Shown: positions 19,163 to 28,393 of the stretch, in pieces
Position numbering within the stretch: position 1 is the first letter of the stretch
Layout of the letters: every line of letters begins with the position of its first letter
Virus record (IMG/VR): IMGVR_UViG_3300027573_000779
Location: 124,001 to 188,000 of that record
Strand: one strand, 5' to 3'
Length of the DNA: 64,000 bases
Translations under genes and position numbers: made by a program
Notes under the pieces: generated by a model
Seen by the model: the letters and a program-made list of their open reading frames with translations, nothing else
What the model was told of the DNA's origin: nothing
The model's database searches: none

Positions 19163-19612
19163 TTAATCTTGGCTTTTGTTCCTCCGACTAAATGACTGTG
19201 GTTTAATAGCCCCTGCTTCTCTAGAAAACTCTTCTAAAAACTTCTTTTGAGACACTTTGGGGTTTTTTTGTCTTAGTTTTTCAAGAGATTTTATGTCTAC
19301 TGGCCTTCCAGCAGCTAAATCCTTAATAGTGGTTTTTGTGGGTTTGTTATGAATTACTTCTACCTGAATATCGGATAAAGACTGTACGGCTTCTTCGGCG
19401 CTTAAATTGTCATCTTCTTCATCTGTTTCTTCTTCGTAATCGGTCTGAACTGAAGGGGGAGGAGGACGGTTGGGGGGACGTTTAAGCAGGGGGGGTTTGC
19501 TGGCCACATTAGTTATTCCCGCAAAAGGGGTGCCACAAAAAGCACAAAGTCTAGGTTTATCTAATGAATATTCGGTTGCTTTACCGCAACTACTGCAAAA
19601 AGTTCTATTCAT
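19163..19612 (-). CDS. Double zinc-ribbon protein
   Basis: N-terminal FCSSCG...CAFCG followed by Pro-rich and acidic segments. Confidence 0.6.
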   Translation of the reverse strand: MNRTFCSSCGKATEYSLDKPRLCAFCGTPFAGITNVASKPPLLKRPPNRPPPPSVQTDYEEETDEEDDNLSAEEAVQSLSDIQVEVIHNKPTKTTIKDLAAGRPVDIKSLEKLRQKNPKVSQKKFLEEFSREAGAIKPQSFSRRNKSQD

Positions 19613-19700
19613 ACTACCTAATTATACTTACACGTAATATATTTTTCTAATCAAAATATTTTTACAAATCTTGGATTACTAACGGTGTAATCAAAGAAGA

Positions 19701-20708
19701 ATGATACATAAGCCTTGGAAATTAAAAGAAATTGAATATTTAAAAACAAATTACTCAAACACACAAAACGGCATTTTAGCAAAACATTTAAACAGAACCG
19801 TTTCCTCTGTTTATAGTGAAGCTCATATTCTTAAACTTAAAAAAAGCAAAGAATTTAAAAGCTGGCTTATCGGAAAGCGTAATAAAATGACCGGAAGAGA
19901 CCTCAGTCCTAGTTTATTACAAGAAATTGCATTAAAATATAAAAGCAGGGCGGAATTTCAAACTATGGACCCTTCAGCGTATAGCACGGCAAGGCGACTG
20001 AATCTATTAGATAGTATTTGCAAACATATGATTAAAGCCTCATTTAGTATTCCACAATTAATTTTACAAGATATTTTGAATGAAATATTAAAGTCAGAAT
20101 GTTTATATAATTCTAGAAAAATTATTCCTCCTTATGAAATAGATTTGTTTTATCAGGAATTCAATTTGGCCTTCGAATATCACGGTAAACGCTGGCACCT
20201 TAATAATGTGCGAGACGAGAGAAAATTAAAGCTTTTCAATGAAAAGGGGATTAAGGTTTTTTATTTAATAGAAAATAACAGAAATTATGAAGAAGATATT
20301 AAAAATCAACTAATACTTTTGTTGCCACAAATCAATTCACATTGTAATAAAAACATAACCAAAGAACAAATTTCGAACTACGCAATTAAAAATCCTTATA
20401 AAAAAGTTTATAACGAAGAAAAATTAATAAGTGTAGCTAAACAGTATTCCTCCTTTAAAGAGTTTAGAACTAAGGAAAAACCAATTTACGTAAAGCTTAG
20501 TAGAATGCGCCTAATTGACAAAGCAACGAGTCACATGGAGGACAGAAGAAAGGAGCGAAATCTAGAAGAGGTTAAAATGGTTGTTTCTAAATATGAAAAA
20601 CTTATAGACTTGATAAAAAATGATTTGGGTGCCTACGGATGGATTAGAAAACATGGACGTTGGGATTTAGTCTCTCATATTAAAGCGCAAAGACCAGTAA
20701 GCAATTAA
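19701..20708 (+). CDS. Free-standing homing-endonuclease-like protein (DUF559/Vsr-like PD-(D/E)xK domain plus DNA-binding repeats)
   Basis: PYEIDLFYQEFNLAFEYHGKRWH nuclease motif and repeated ALKYKSRAEF / AKQYSSFKEF / VSKYEKLIDL modules. Lies antisense within a - strand block next to phoH. Confidence 0.65.
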   Translation: MIHKPWKLKEIEYLKTNYSNTQNGILAKHLNRTVSSVYSEAHILKLKKSKEFKSWLIGKRNKMTGRDLSPSLLQEIALKYKSRAEFQTMDPSAYSTARRLNLLDSICKHMIKASFSIPQLILQDILNEILKSECLYNSRKIIPPYEIDLFYQEFNLAFEYHGKRWHLNNVRDERKLKLFNEKGIKVFYLIENNRNYEEDIKNQLILLLPQINSHCNKNITKEQISNYAIKNPYKKVYNEEKLISVAKQYSSFKEFRTKEKPIYVKLSRMRLIDKATSHMEDRRKERNLEEVKMVVSKYEKLIDLIKNDLGAYGWIRKHGRWDLVSHIKAQRPVSN

Positions 20709-20722
20709 ATCTTTCTTTGGAT

Positions 20723-21448
20723 TCAGGGACGCATTACTTCTAAAGCTTCTACAAGAAATTTAAGAAAGTCTGAACGAACTATATCCTCTGTTTCAAATTT
20801 AAAACAATAAATTCCATTTTCTTTTGCGAGAGGATAGTTATTAAAGTGATTGTATAAATTGTTAAATCCACCCCTACTTCCATTGTTTAGGTCGGTTTGT
20901 TTAGGGTCAGCCAAAATAAAACATTTGGAAAAGTGACCGAACCGCGTAAGAATAGTAACTATTTCATTGTGTCCAGAATTTTGACACTCATCGTAGATAA
21001 AGCATTTGGCGTTCCAACTCATTCCTCTAGCATAATTAGGAGGATAAGAAAAAACCCTTTTCTCTTTTTCTAATGCTTTGACTTGATGTTTAGGCAGAAG
21101 TTCTTCAAGTTTGTCCGTAAAAGGAAGGTTATAAAAATAAAATTTATCTGAAACCTCTCCGGGTAAAAAACCGATTTTAAAACTAGAACTTTCAACAGCA
21201 GAGCGAATATAAATAAGTTCCGAAACTCGTTTTTGGTCAAGAAGTTTTAATCCGCAATAAACCGCCAAAAGCGTCTTACTTGTCCCTGCTGGACCCGACA
21301 CAAATATAACTTTAGTGTTTTTATCTAACGCAATATCTATAAACTCTTTTTGCTTTTTAGTCCATTTAAATTCGCGTATATCAAGGTTTTCCTTAAGCTT
21401 GTCCCTTTGATAAACATAGAGAGACTCATCCGTTTTCTTTTCTTTCAT
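20723..21448 (-). CDS. phoH: PhoH-like ATPase
   Basis: VIFVSGPAGTSKT, IYDECQN and ADPKQTD motifs. Confidence 0.92.
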   Translation of the reverse strand: MKEKKTDESLYVYQRDKLKENLDIREFKWTKKQKEFIDIALDKNTKVIFVSGPAGTSKTLLAVYCGLKLLDQKRVSELIYIRSAVESSSFKIGFLPGEVSDKFYFYNLPFTDKLEELLPKHQVKALEKEKRVFSYPPNYARGMSWNAKCFIYDECQNSGHNEIVTILTRFGHFSKCFILADPKQTDLNNGSRGGFNNLYNHFNNYPLAKENGIYCFKFETEDIVRSDFLKFLVEALEVMRP

Positions 21449-21475
21449 ATTAAAGAACTACACTATGTATTACAC

Positions 21476-22624
21476 CTACCTAAACAGCATAGTTCCTTTA
21501 TTCTCCTCGTGAAAAGTTTCAAAGTCCAAATTATAAATATCGGCAATAGACATTCCCTCCCGGTCAATATGGTTAACATTCTTGCCTAGTTTTTGCGCCA
21601 ATGTTACTGATTTATCATAAGACAGCTTTTTAAACTCATATTCAACCTTCAAGCGCCCCTTCCGAAGCAGCGCTCTATCAATTGATTCTTTTTTGGCATT
21701 AAAAGTAACTATAATAGAAGTGTTTAAAATTGAACCCACAATGCCATCAGTTAAATTTAAAACGGTGCTGATGAGAGAATTGTTGCTTCCATCACGTTCC
21801 AAAACCGCTTTTTCGGCATCCTCTAAAATCAAAACAACATTGTTATTATCAGTTAATAATCTAATAAAATCAGGCTCAATTAAAGCATTAACCATATTGG
21901 TTGGCACGAATATAAATTTTCGTTGAACACACTTGGTAAGATGTTTAAGATAGCTGGTTTTTCCTGTGCCGGGGTCGCCGTGAAAAATATACAAACCAGA
22001 CCGACTGGTGTTTAGGCGCTCAACAATTGAATTATGAACATCAATAAATCCTTCTGGATAATTTAATTCTAAGTTAGTGTTTAGGTCGTCAAGAGGAAAA
22101 TTACTTACTGCTAAGTTTCCAGAATGTCCCTTAATTAAAAGACTAACTTCGGAGCGGTTTTTAGGAACAATTGGAAAACGTTCATTTAGTTTATTAAAAA
22201 TATCAAAAAAATAAACGTCATCAACGCAAATATCCAAACTATATTCACTCGCTTTCCCATGATTATTAACATTGAGTTTTAACAAACAATTCCCCTTTTT
22301 GTACTTACAAAAAAACACTTCATAAAAAGAACGGTTTTCGTCATCAGTAAAAATAGCCTGCGTTAAATTATCTGATTTGTTTGTATCACAATTAGATATA
22401 GTTTTTTCGCTTCGACTGTTCTTTACAATACTCCATATTTCAAAATCCTCCCCATCTAATATATGTTTAAAAAGCTCTTCGCTTATATCATTAAAAAAGT
22501 AGGTACTTGGTAAAGTTTTATAAAAACATTCAAATAAATAGGGCAAACTAATATCACCTAAACTGGCATTATAATAATCAAAAAACTGAAAACTCTTATC
22601 CAAAGTTACTTTTTTAATTTCCAT
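21476..22624 (-). CDS. AAA+ ATPase (BCS1-like C-terminal domain)
   Basis: HGDPGTGKT, LILEDAE, LNLTDG and IDRALLRKGRL. Confidence 0.85.
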   Translation of the reverse strand: MEIKKVTLDKSFQFFDYYNASLGDISLPYLFECFYKTLPSTYFFNDISEELFKHILDGEDFEIWSIVKNSRSEKTISNCDTNKSDNLTQAIFTDDENRSFYEVFFCKYKKGNCLLKLNVNNHGKASEYSLDICVDDVYFFDIFNKLNERFPIVPKNRSEVSLLIKGHSGNLAVSNFPLDDLNTNLELNYPEGFIDVHNSIVERLNTSRSGLYIFHGDPGTGKTSYLKHLTKCVQRKFIFVPTNMVNALIEPDFIRLLTDNNNVVLILEDAEKAVLERDGSNNSLISTVLNLTDGIVGSILNTSIIVTFNAKKESIDRALLRKGRLKVEYEFKKLSYDKSVTLAQKLGKNVNHIDREGMSIADIYNLDFETFHEENKGTMLFR

Positions 22625-22655
22625 TGTTAATAATCTACTAAAATCTTTAATTTTT

Positions 22656-22667
22656 TGTCAATTGACA
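22656..22667. promoter_or_regulatory. Back-to-back -35 boxes of a divergent promoter pair (TGTCAATTGACA)
   Basis: Perfect palindrome at the strand switch between the AAA gene (-) and the + strand block. TAGATT and TAAAAT boxes lie 18 nt out on each side, each 7 nt from an ATG. Confidence 0.55.
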
Positions 22668-22698
22668 AATGCACCAAACCCTTCATAAAATTAAGAAC

Positions 22699-22980
22699 AT
22701 GGGTAAATGCGCTAAATGTGATAAAAGAGTTGGTTTAAACGAAAGTTTTTTAATTGAGTTCACGGCTGAAACTTCGGTCTGGTATCTCAACAAAAAACAC
22801 TCAAACCGTTTTACGTTTTCAAACATGCTTTGTGCGGTTTGCGCCCAAAGAGAACTGAACAATGAAACTGCTAACCCTAACGGATGCAACGTTTTACGTA
22901 AAAGGGTTACCTGTAATTGTTGCAACGAAGAAATTATGACCACCAACCACAAATGTCCCCAAATCCCGCTTTTTACATGA
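22699..22980 (+). CDS. Cys-rich (zinc-binding) hypothetical protein
   Basis: CAKC, CAVC and CNCC...HKCP. Start taken at the ATG 7 nt after TAAAAT. Confidence 0.6.
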   Translation: MGKCAKCDKRVGLNESFLIEFTAETSVWYLNKKHSNRFTFSNMLCAVCAQRELNNETANPNGCNVLRKRVTCNCCNEEIMTTNHKCPQIPLFT

Positions 22981-23018
22981 TTGACAACCCAAAAAAACAT
23001 AGTATCATAGCTAGAAAG

Positions 23019-23171
23019 GTGCAAACCTTTAATCATATCACTAATCGTTGGGTAACATTCATATACTTGGATAAACGTGAAAAGTTCGACCCAAAGAACT
23101 ATTTGGAACAAAATTTCAAATGGCGCATTATTAAAGAGGTTGTGGAACAGCCTTGGAAAGCTGGCGCTTGA
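23019..23171 (+). CDS. Small hypothetical protein
   Basis: GTG start 10 nt after a TTGACA-16-TATCAT promoter (22981-23008). Confidence 0.5.
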   Translation: MQTFNHITNRWVTFIYLDKREKFDPKNYLEQNFKWRIIKEVVEQPWKAGA

Positions 23172-23343
23172 CCAGCACTTTTTTAATTAATCGTTCCTTA
23201 TGCTTTTGATAAAAAGCTTTTTGTTTTACCTTCATACAACCAATACAGTGATACTGAAGACCATCTTTGGTCCCGGCCTGTTTGCGGAACTCGGTAAGAG
23301 GTTTCTCCCTCCAACATTTTGTGCAAGTTTTAAAGATTTCCAC
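23131..23343 (-). CDS. Small zinc-finger protein of the kind found at the N-terminus of HNH endonucleases
   Basis: KTCTKCWREKPLTEF...DGLQYHCIGC; GTGTAA motif 8 nt upstream of the GTG start. Confidence 0.6.
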   Translation of the reverse strand: MEIFKTCTKCWREKPLTEFRKQAGTKDGLQYHCIGCMKVKQKAFYQKHKERLIKKVLVKRQLSKAVPQPL

Positions 23344-23357
23344 ACTACTCTTTACAC

Positions 23358-25672
23358 ATGATTGCGATTTTTGGCATTTATTGCTTGATTGGCCTGTTAT
23401 ATTCGGTTGTCTCTATTATCTGCCAAAGAAAGAAGCTGTTGATGTATGAAACATCTAAAGTTTTTCTTGTCCTTTCAATAGTTGTTTTTGGAACGTTTTT
23501 GTGGCCAATTGTGGTCTACTGGAAATTTAAAAATTTACAACGTTGATGAAAACAAGAAAGCTTGTAGAACTTGATAATCAAATTAAAGCTTCTATCTTAC
23601 AACAAGCTATGTCACAACAAGCCAATGAAAACTTAGTAAATAAGATTCATACAATTTATAATAATATTTCCCATGACATTTGGACAAATTTAGGCTCTCA
23701 AATATTTTTGTGTGCTTCCTCAACTTTTAAAGAGGACCAGTTAATCAAACAAACAAATGACTATTGAATCCTACTACTTAATCAAGGAAGAAGCGCTTTC
23801 TGCGCTCCAAAACGAAGTAAACAAGTATATTAAAGCGGGTTTTGAGCCGCATGGGTCGCTTGCGATTCGAGTTTTGGGCGCTAACAGTTACTTTTACATC
23901 CAACCAATGATAAAATATAATTCTTTTTGTAAACAAAAAAAGAGCCATGAATTTAGTTAAAATTTATAAAACTATAGTAATAGGTCAAATTTACAAAACG
24001 GCTAATTTACTCAACTGTCAGATTTTTGAACAAACAAAACTAACACTACCTCCTACATTCCCCCCCCTTCCCTTTGAGATTAAACGAGAAATTCGTAATC
24101 AACTTCATGACCAGTTTAAAAAAGAAATTTTTAGATAATTTTTTAGTTGTAATGACTTCAGAAATTAAAATACATAGAGTTGTTCGTGAACAACTTGATG
24201 GCAAATTAGATTGGAAAATAACTCCCATCTTTTCTATGTTTTCGAACAATCGTGAAATAATACAAAAGCAAATAGAAGAGGTGTTGGATGAAGTATTTTA
24301 ATTTAGTATATAGCGAAATGAGAAAAATAGATGACTCGTTTAACGATTCTATTTCAACTCAAAGTTTGCACTATCCACAGTCATGGATTATTTATATAAA
24401 GCTTGACCGCGAAATAATAGCACGTGTCGGAATGCCAATTAAACTATTAATGGAGGAGGCTCTAGATGGACTCTTTACAAGATAAAATAAATAACATAAA
24501 ACAACCAATACTCAACTCTATTGTGCTTCAAGGATATAGATATCCTAAAACCAATTCAGGGACGTATTTATCGCTTTGCGATGAGACAATAAATAATTAT
24601 CGAATCCAAATTGAAGAGCAAATGTTAATTGAAACACAAATGTTTAAATGAACCGTTTAAAAAACCTTAATTTAAAAAACCTTAATATAGTATTTAATAA
24701 GATGACTGAAATAGATGCGTTGCTTGCTAAATCTATTAATTTTACATATTCAACTCGCCCCTCAGAAATTTATCTTGAAATTGACAACGAAACAGCAAGT
24801 ATCAAATTTCCAGTTTGTCAAAATTGTGTTTTTGAAAATGTTTTTATAAATGAATAATCAGTTTACATTAGTTTTCAGCGCCCAAGAGAAGGAGGAGCTT
24901 CTTGAAATCTTTAAAAACCATCCTAAATGGCAAGAAAAAATTAAAAATTCAAGTAATTCTTTCGTGTGGGAAAACATTATAACTTATCAAGGTTGCGCCG
25001 ATAGGGGGTTTTGTTTTAAATGTAATATCTTTCTAGCTGATACATTGTGTTTTTGCGGAGGGGGTTTTTGCCCCAAGTGTGGCGGCTATGTAGCTATGTA
25101 GTCCCGCGCTCTTCTCCTGAGAAACTTGATGGTATTTTTGAAGTCCATTATACCAACAGTAACATAAAACCCATTAAACAAAGGTTTGAAAATGGTCAGT
25201 GGAAGGAAACAATTACTTGATATGAAAAAACGCGATTATGTGGCTATTCATTATGTGACTGCCCACCTTCTTTCTAAAATTACATCGTTTACCGGTTTAA
25301 TAGAAAATAAATGTACCTATAATCCCAAAATAGAAGCTCTTTACTATAAAATAGGAGAAGCCTCAAATCGAGGCGCAGTTTCCAATTTTTGTATGAAGTT
25401 TTTTAGAAATGCTAACATTTTCAATAGAAACAAAAAAACACAGTTGTAAATATGGAGACCGTATGATGGATATTATTAATCCAGACGAAATAGAAGAGCG
25501 GGTTTTTGGAAATATTTTTGGTAAAATATTCAGTCGCATTGAAATGCCAATAATGGAATCAATTGAAAAACAAATTTTATTACCCGTTGAAAACATAAGA
25601 AAGGATATTGAAACGGCAACACTTGAATTTATTGTTAATAATGTGGTTGATAATAGCCCTTTTATAAACTAA
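23358..25672 (+). other. Cluster of about 11 short, overlapping or coupled hypothetical genes
   Basis: Co-oriented 60-90 aa ORFs with ATGA/TGATG-type overlaps (23358, 23543, 23757, 23947, 24288, 24466, 24648, 24850, 25409). No family recognised. Confidence 0.6.
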
Positions 25673-25693
25673 AAAAACAGTGTAATAGCTTTT

Positions 25694-27790
25694 ATGAGTA
25701 AGCTATTACTAGTTTTGTGTTTTTTAACTTTCTTTGGTTTTAATGTAAACGCTCAACAAGCTTGGATAGGCAAGTTTAAAGAGAATGGCGGCAATGGTTT
25801 AGCGGGAGAAATTGTTAATTCGCGTCACTTAAAGCACCTTGATTTGCATAGGTTTGAATTTAAAAACACCGAAGTAGCAGAAAAACTCCTTTCTAGTGGC
25901 CGATTTGAGTTTTTGGAGCCAGATGAAGAAATCTCTATAAGCGCTATACCAAATGACACTTTTATATCTTCTCAGTGGGCAATTACCAACATAGAAGCTG
26001 ACTTAGGATGGGACATTTCAACGGGTTCTGATGAGATTGTTGTAGCTGTTGTAGATACGGGCATTTGGACCCAACACAGCGATTTAACCAATAATCTTTG
26101 GAAAGACCCTCTCTCGGGCGCAAGCGGTTGGACTGCAAGAGGAGGGGTATTAACTGAAGGGGTCACAGATGACCATGGACATGGTACGCATGTCGCGGGA
26201 ATTATTGGCGCAACAGGTAATAACAATAAAGGTGTTGCTGGTTTAAACTGGAAAGTGAAACTTGCGGGGTTTAAGTTTATAGGTTCAAGTGGAACGGGCA
26301 GCAGAGGAGACGCTTTTTTGTGTCTTGATAAGATAATTGAATTAAAGAAACGAGGTATTAACATTAGAGTTGTAAACAACTCATGGGGGAGCACGAGTAA
26401 AGATTATACCTTATCTTTGGCAGCAGCTTTTAAAAAGCTAGAAGAAAACAACATCCTTGCAGTAAATGCCGCAGGTAATGAAAGTCAAAATGGTGACATT
26501 AACAGTTTTATGCCAGCTAACCTTACCAATAATAATGTCATTTCAGTTATGGCTAGCACCCCCTTTAATAAGAAAGCATCTTTCTCCAACTTCGGGTATA
26601 CCAGCGTTGATATTGCTGCTCCGGGTTCTAGTATCTTAAGCACTGTGCCACAAATAAAAGCCGCTTTAGGAACTTCTACAGGTTATAAAATGGCTAGCGG
26701 AACGTCTATGGCCGCTCCTCATGTAGCTGGACTTGCTGCTTTAGTTTTATCTTTAAATCCTTATTTAACAGTTGACCAAGTTAAAGAAGTTATTTTAAAT
26801 AATGCTAGTTATGATTTAATGGATAGTCCCACCAAAAGTCAAACAGGCGGCAAAATCAACGTTAAAAAAACTTTATCGAACCCTCTTGTTTATCGACCAG
26901 AGAAGAACCATAGTCCTGTTTTATTTGTTAAATATCCTACCAATGTTGTAGGGGGGCAAAGAATTACAATTTACGCATCTGCGATTGACCCGGACGGCGA
27001 CCCTGTTAAAATTATTATCTCACCACTTGATACACTTTTTCGAGAAAAAACAAGCACAAACGCTGCCGGAACCAATGTTTCGTTTCTTTCACCTAAATAT
27101 GTGATTGATTATGTTTGTAAAGCGCGAATTATAGCATTAGATAATAACGGTTCGTCCGCTGAACAATATATAAATATCAATATCCTTAAAAATGGTATTT
27201 ATGCGCCAACATTTGGTTTAGAAACTGTTGTTATAAATAATCCTACTAATTCTCTGCATCCTATTGCTCGCGCCTGCTTAACCGAAGGAAGTATTATACC
27301 TCAGAAGTTAACATATGGTTATCTTTTTGGATTAAACGGTGGAGTTCAGGCTAATACTAGTTTTTTTGGAACTTTAACCAATTGTGCCAGCAAAACCGCC
27401 ACATATGCCAACGGCATTTCAAATAAATCAATAGTTGTTTATACTATAGCAGAGACTCCTAAAAAAGAGTTAGTTTATTCTCCTTATACTTATTTTAGAG
27501 TCGGCACAGAAACTAGCTCTACTACTCAAGCGCCCATTATAGACCTTAAACTGAGCGCCCAATCTGGTTACGGCCCTTTGAACATAGCCTTTGATTTTAG
27601 TGGATGTAAAGACCTTTATGGACCTGTAACTTTTATAATCGACAAAGAATCCAATGGCCAGCGCGTTTATATTCCCGAAAAAGGAACGTTGACCTATCCT
27701 AATGTGGGCACTTTCAAGTCAAGATTGACAGTGCAGGGAAAATATTTTAGTGTGTCGGCATGGTTTTACGTAACTGTGTTAACACAATAA
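25694..27790 (+). CDS. Secreted subtilisin-family (S8) serine protease with C-terminal Ig/PKD-like domains
   Basis: Signal peptide MSKLLLVLCFLTFFGFNVNA; Asp in VAVVDTG, His in HGHGTHVAG, oxyanion Asn in AAGN, Ser in GTSMAAPHVAG. Confidence 0.95.
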   Translation: MSKLLLVLCFLTFFGFNVNAQQAWIGKFKENGGNGLAGEIVNSRHLKHLDLHRFEFKNTEVAEKLLSSGRFEFLEPDEEISISAIPNDTFISSQWAITNIEADLGWDISTGSDEIVVAVVDTGIWTQHSDLTNNLWKDPLSGASGWTARGGVLTEGVTDDHGHGTHVAGIIGATGNNNKGVAGLNWKVKLAGFKFIGSSGTGSRGDAFLCLDKIIELKKRGINIRVVNNSWGSTSKDYTLSLAAAFKKLEENNILAVNAAGNESQNGDINSFMPANLTNNNVISVMASTPFNKKASFSNFGYTSVDIAAPGSSILSTVPQIKAALGTSTGYKMASGTSMAAPHVAGLAALVLSLNPYLTVDQVKEVILNNASYDLMDSPTKSQTGGKINVKKTLSNPLVYRPEKNHSPVLFVKYPTNVVGGQRITIYASAIDPDGDPVKIIISPLDTLFREKTSTNAAGTNVSFLSPKYVIDYVCKARIIALDNNGSSAEQYININILKNGIYAPTFGLETVVINNPTNSLHPIARACLTEGSIIPQKLTYGYLFGLNGGVQANTSFFGTLTNCASKTATYANGISNKSIVVYTIAETPKKELVYSPYTYFRVGTETSSTTQAPIIDLKLSAQSGYGPLNIAFDFSGCKDLYGPVTFIIDKESNGQRVYIPEKGTLTYPNVGTFKSRLTVQGKYFSVSAWFYVTVLTQ

Positions 27791-28005
27791 AAAACATATG
27801 AACGTTCACGAAGCTCTTGTGAAATTAAAAGCAGGTGGATATGTAAAATGCCCCAAGGAATATGTTGGACTTTTTAGGTGGTATGCTGGAAAAATAACTT
27901 TTACTTGTCCTGACAATTGCTGTGAATGGGATTACACAGAAGAAGAGTTTTTGGAACGAGAAAAAAATTCAGAGTTCGAGGAGCTTTAAAGAGTAAACTC
28001 CCGCC

Positions 28006-28033
28006 TTGACAAAACAAAAAAACCTGTTATCCT
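28006..28033 (+). promoter_or_regulatory. Early promoter TTGACA-16-TATCCT, 6 nt before ATG
   Basis: Read directly; ATG at 28040. Confidence 0.7.
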
Positions 28034-28039
28034 GTCTTT

Positions 28040-28393
28040 ATGAATAGACGCGGTTTTTTTACGGATTTAGCCTCAGGGTTGATTGTGTCGGCTGCACCGA
28101 CAATTTTCGCGCCTCAACTCATTAAGCCAATCTGGAAGCCTTTCAGGTATATCCGCGCAGGGGAGTATATTCGGGTCAACAGACAAAATGTAATTGAAAT
28201 GGGAGAAATGTTTCATGACCGATTAGCCAATAAACTTATACGTAACCCTCTACCTAACTTGTTTGAAATAAATCAAGTGGCGGGTATGACGTGGTATAAA
28301 CCACGCTTCTATAGTAACACTCCTGTTCTGACTGAATTAGACATTGTCAATTCTATTATATCTGAATATACAATGGTCGAACTACGTGATTAA
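28040..28393 (+). CDS. Hypothetical protein with twin-arginine-like N-terminus
   Basis: MNRRGFFTDLASGLIVSAAP. Confidence 0.5.
   Translation: MNRRGFFTDLASGLIVSAAPTIFAPQLIKPIWKPFRYIRAGEYIRVNRQNVIEMGEMFHDRLANKLIRNPLPNLFEINQVAGMTWYKPRFYSNTPVLTELDIVNSIISEYTMVELRD

Larger units (their letters stand above)
11290..25685. promoter_or_regulatory. GTGTAA motif 8-21 nt upstream of structural/core genes (putative late promoter)
   Basis: On -: 11290-11295, 14559-14564, 19628-19633, 21470-21475 (plus GTGTAG at 21458-21463), 23352-23357. On +: 19685-19690, 25680-25685. Confidence 0.6.
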
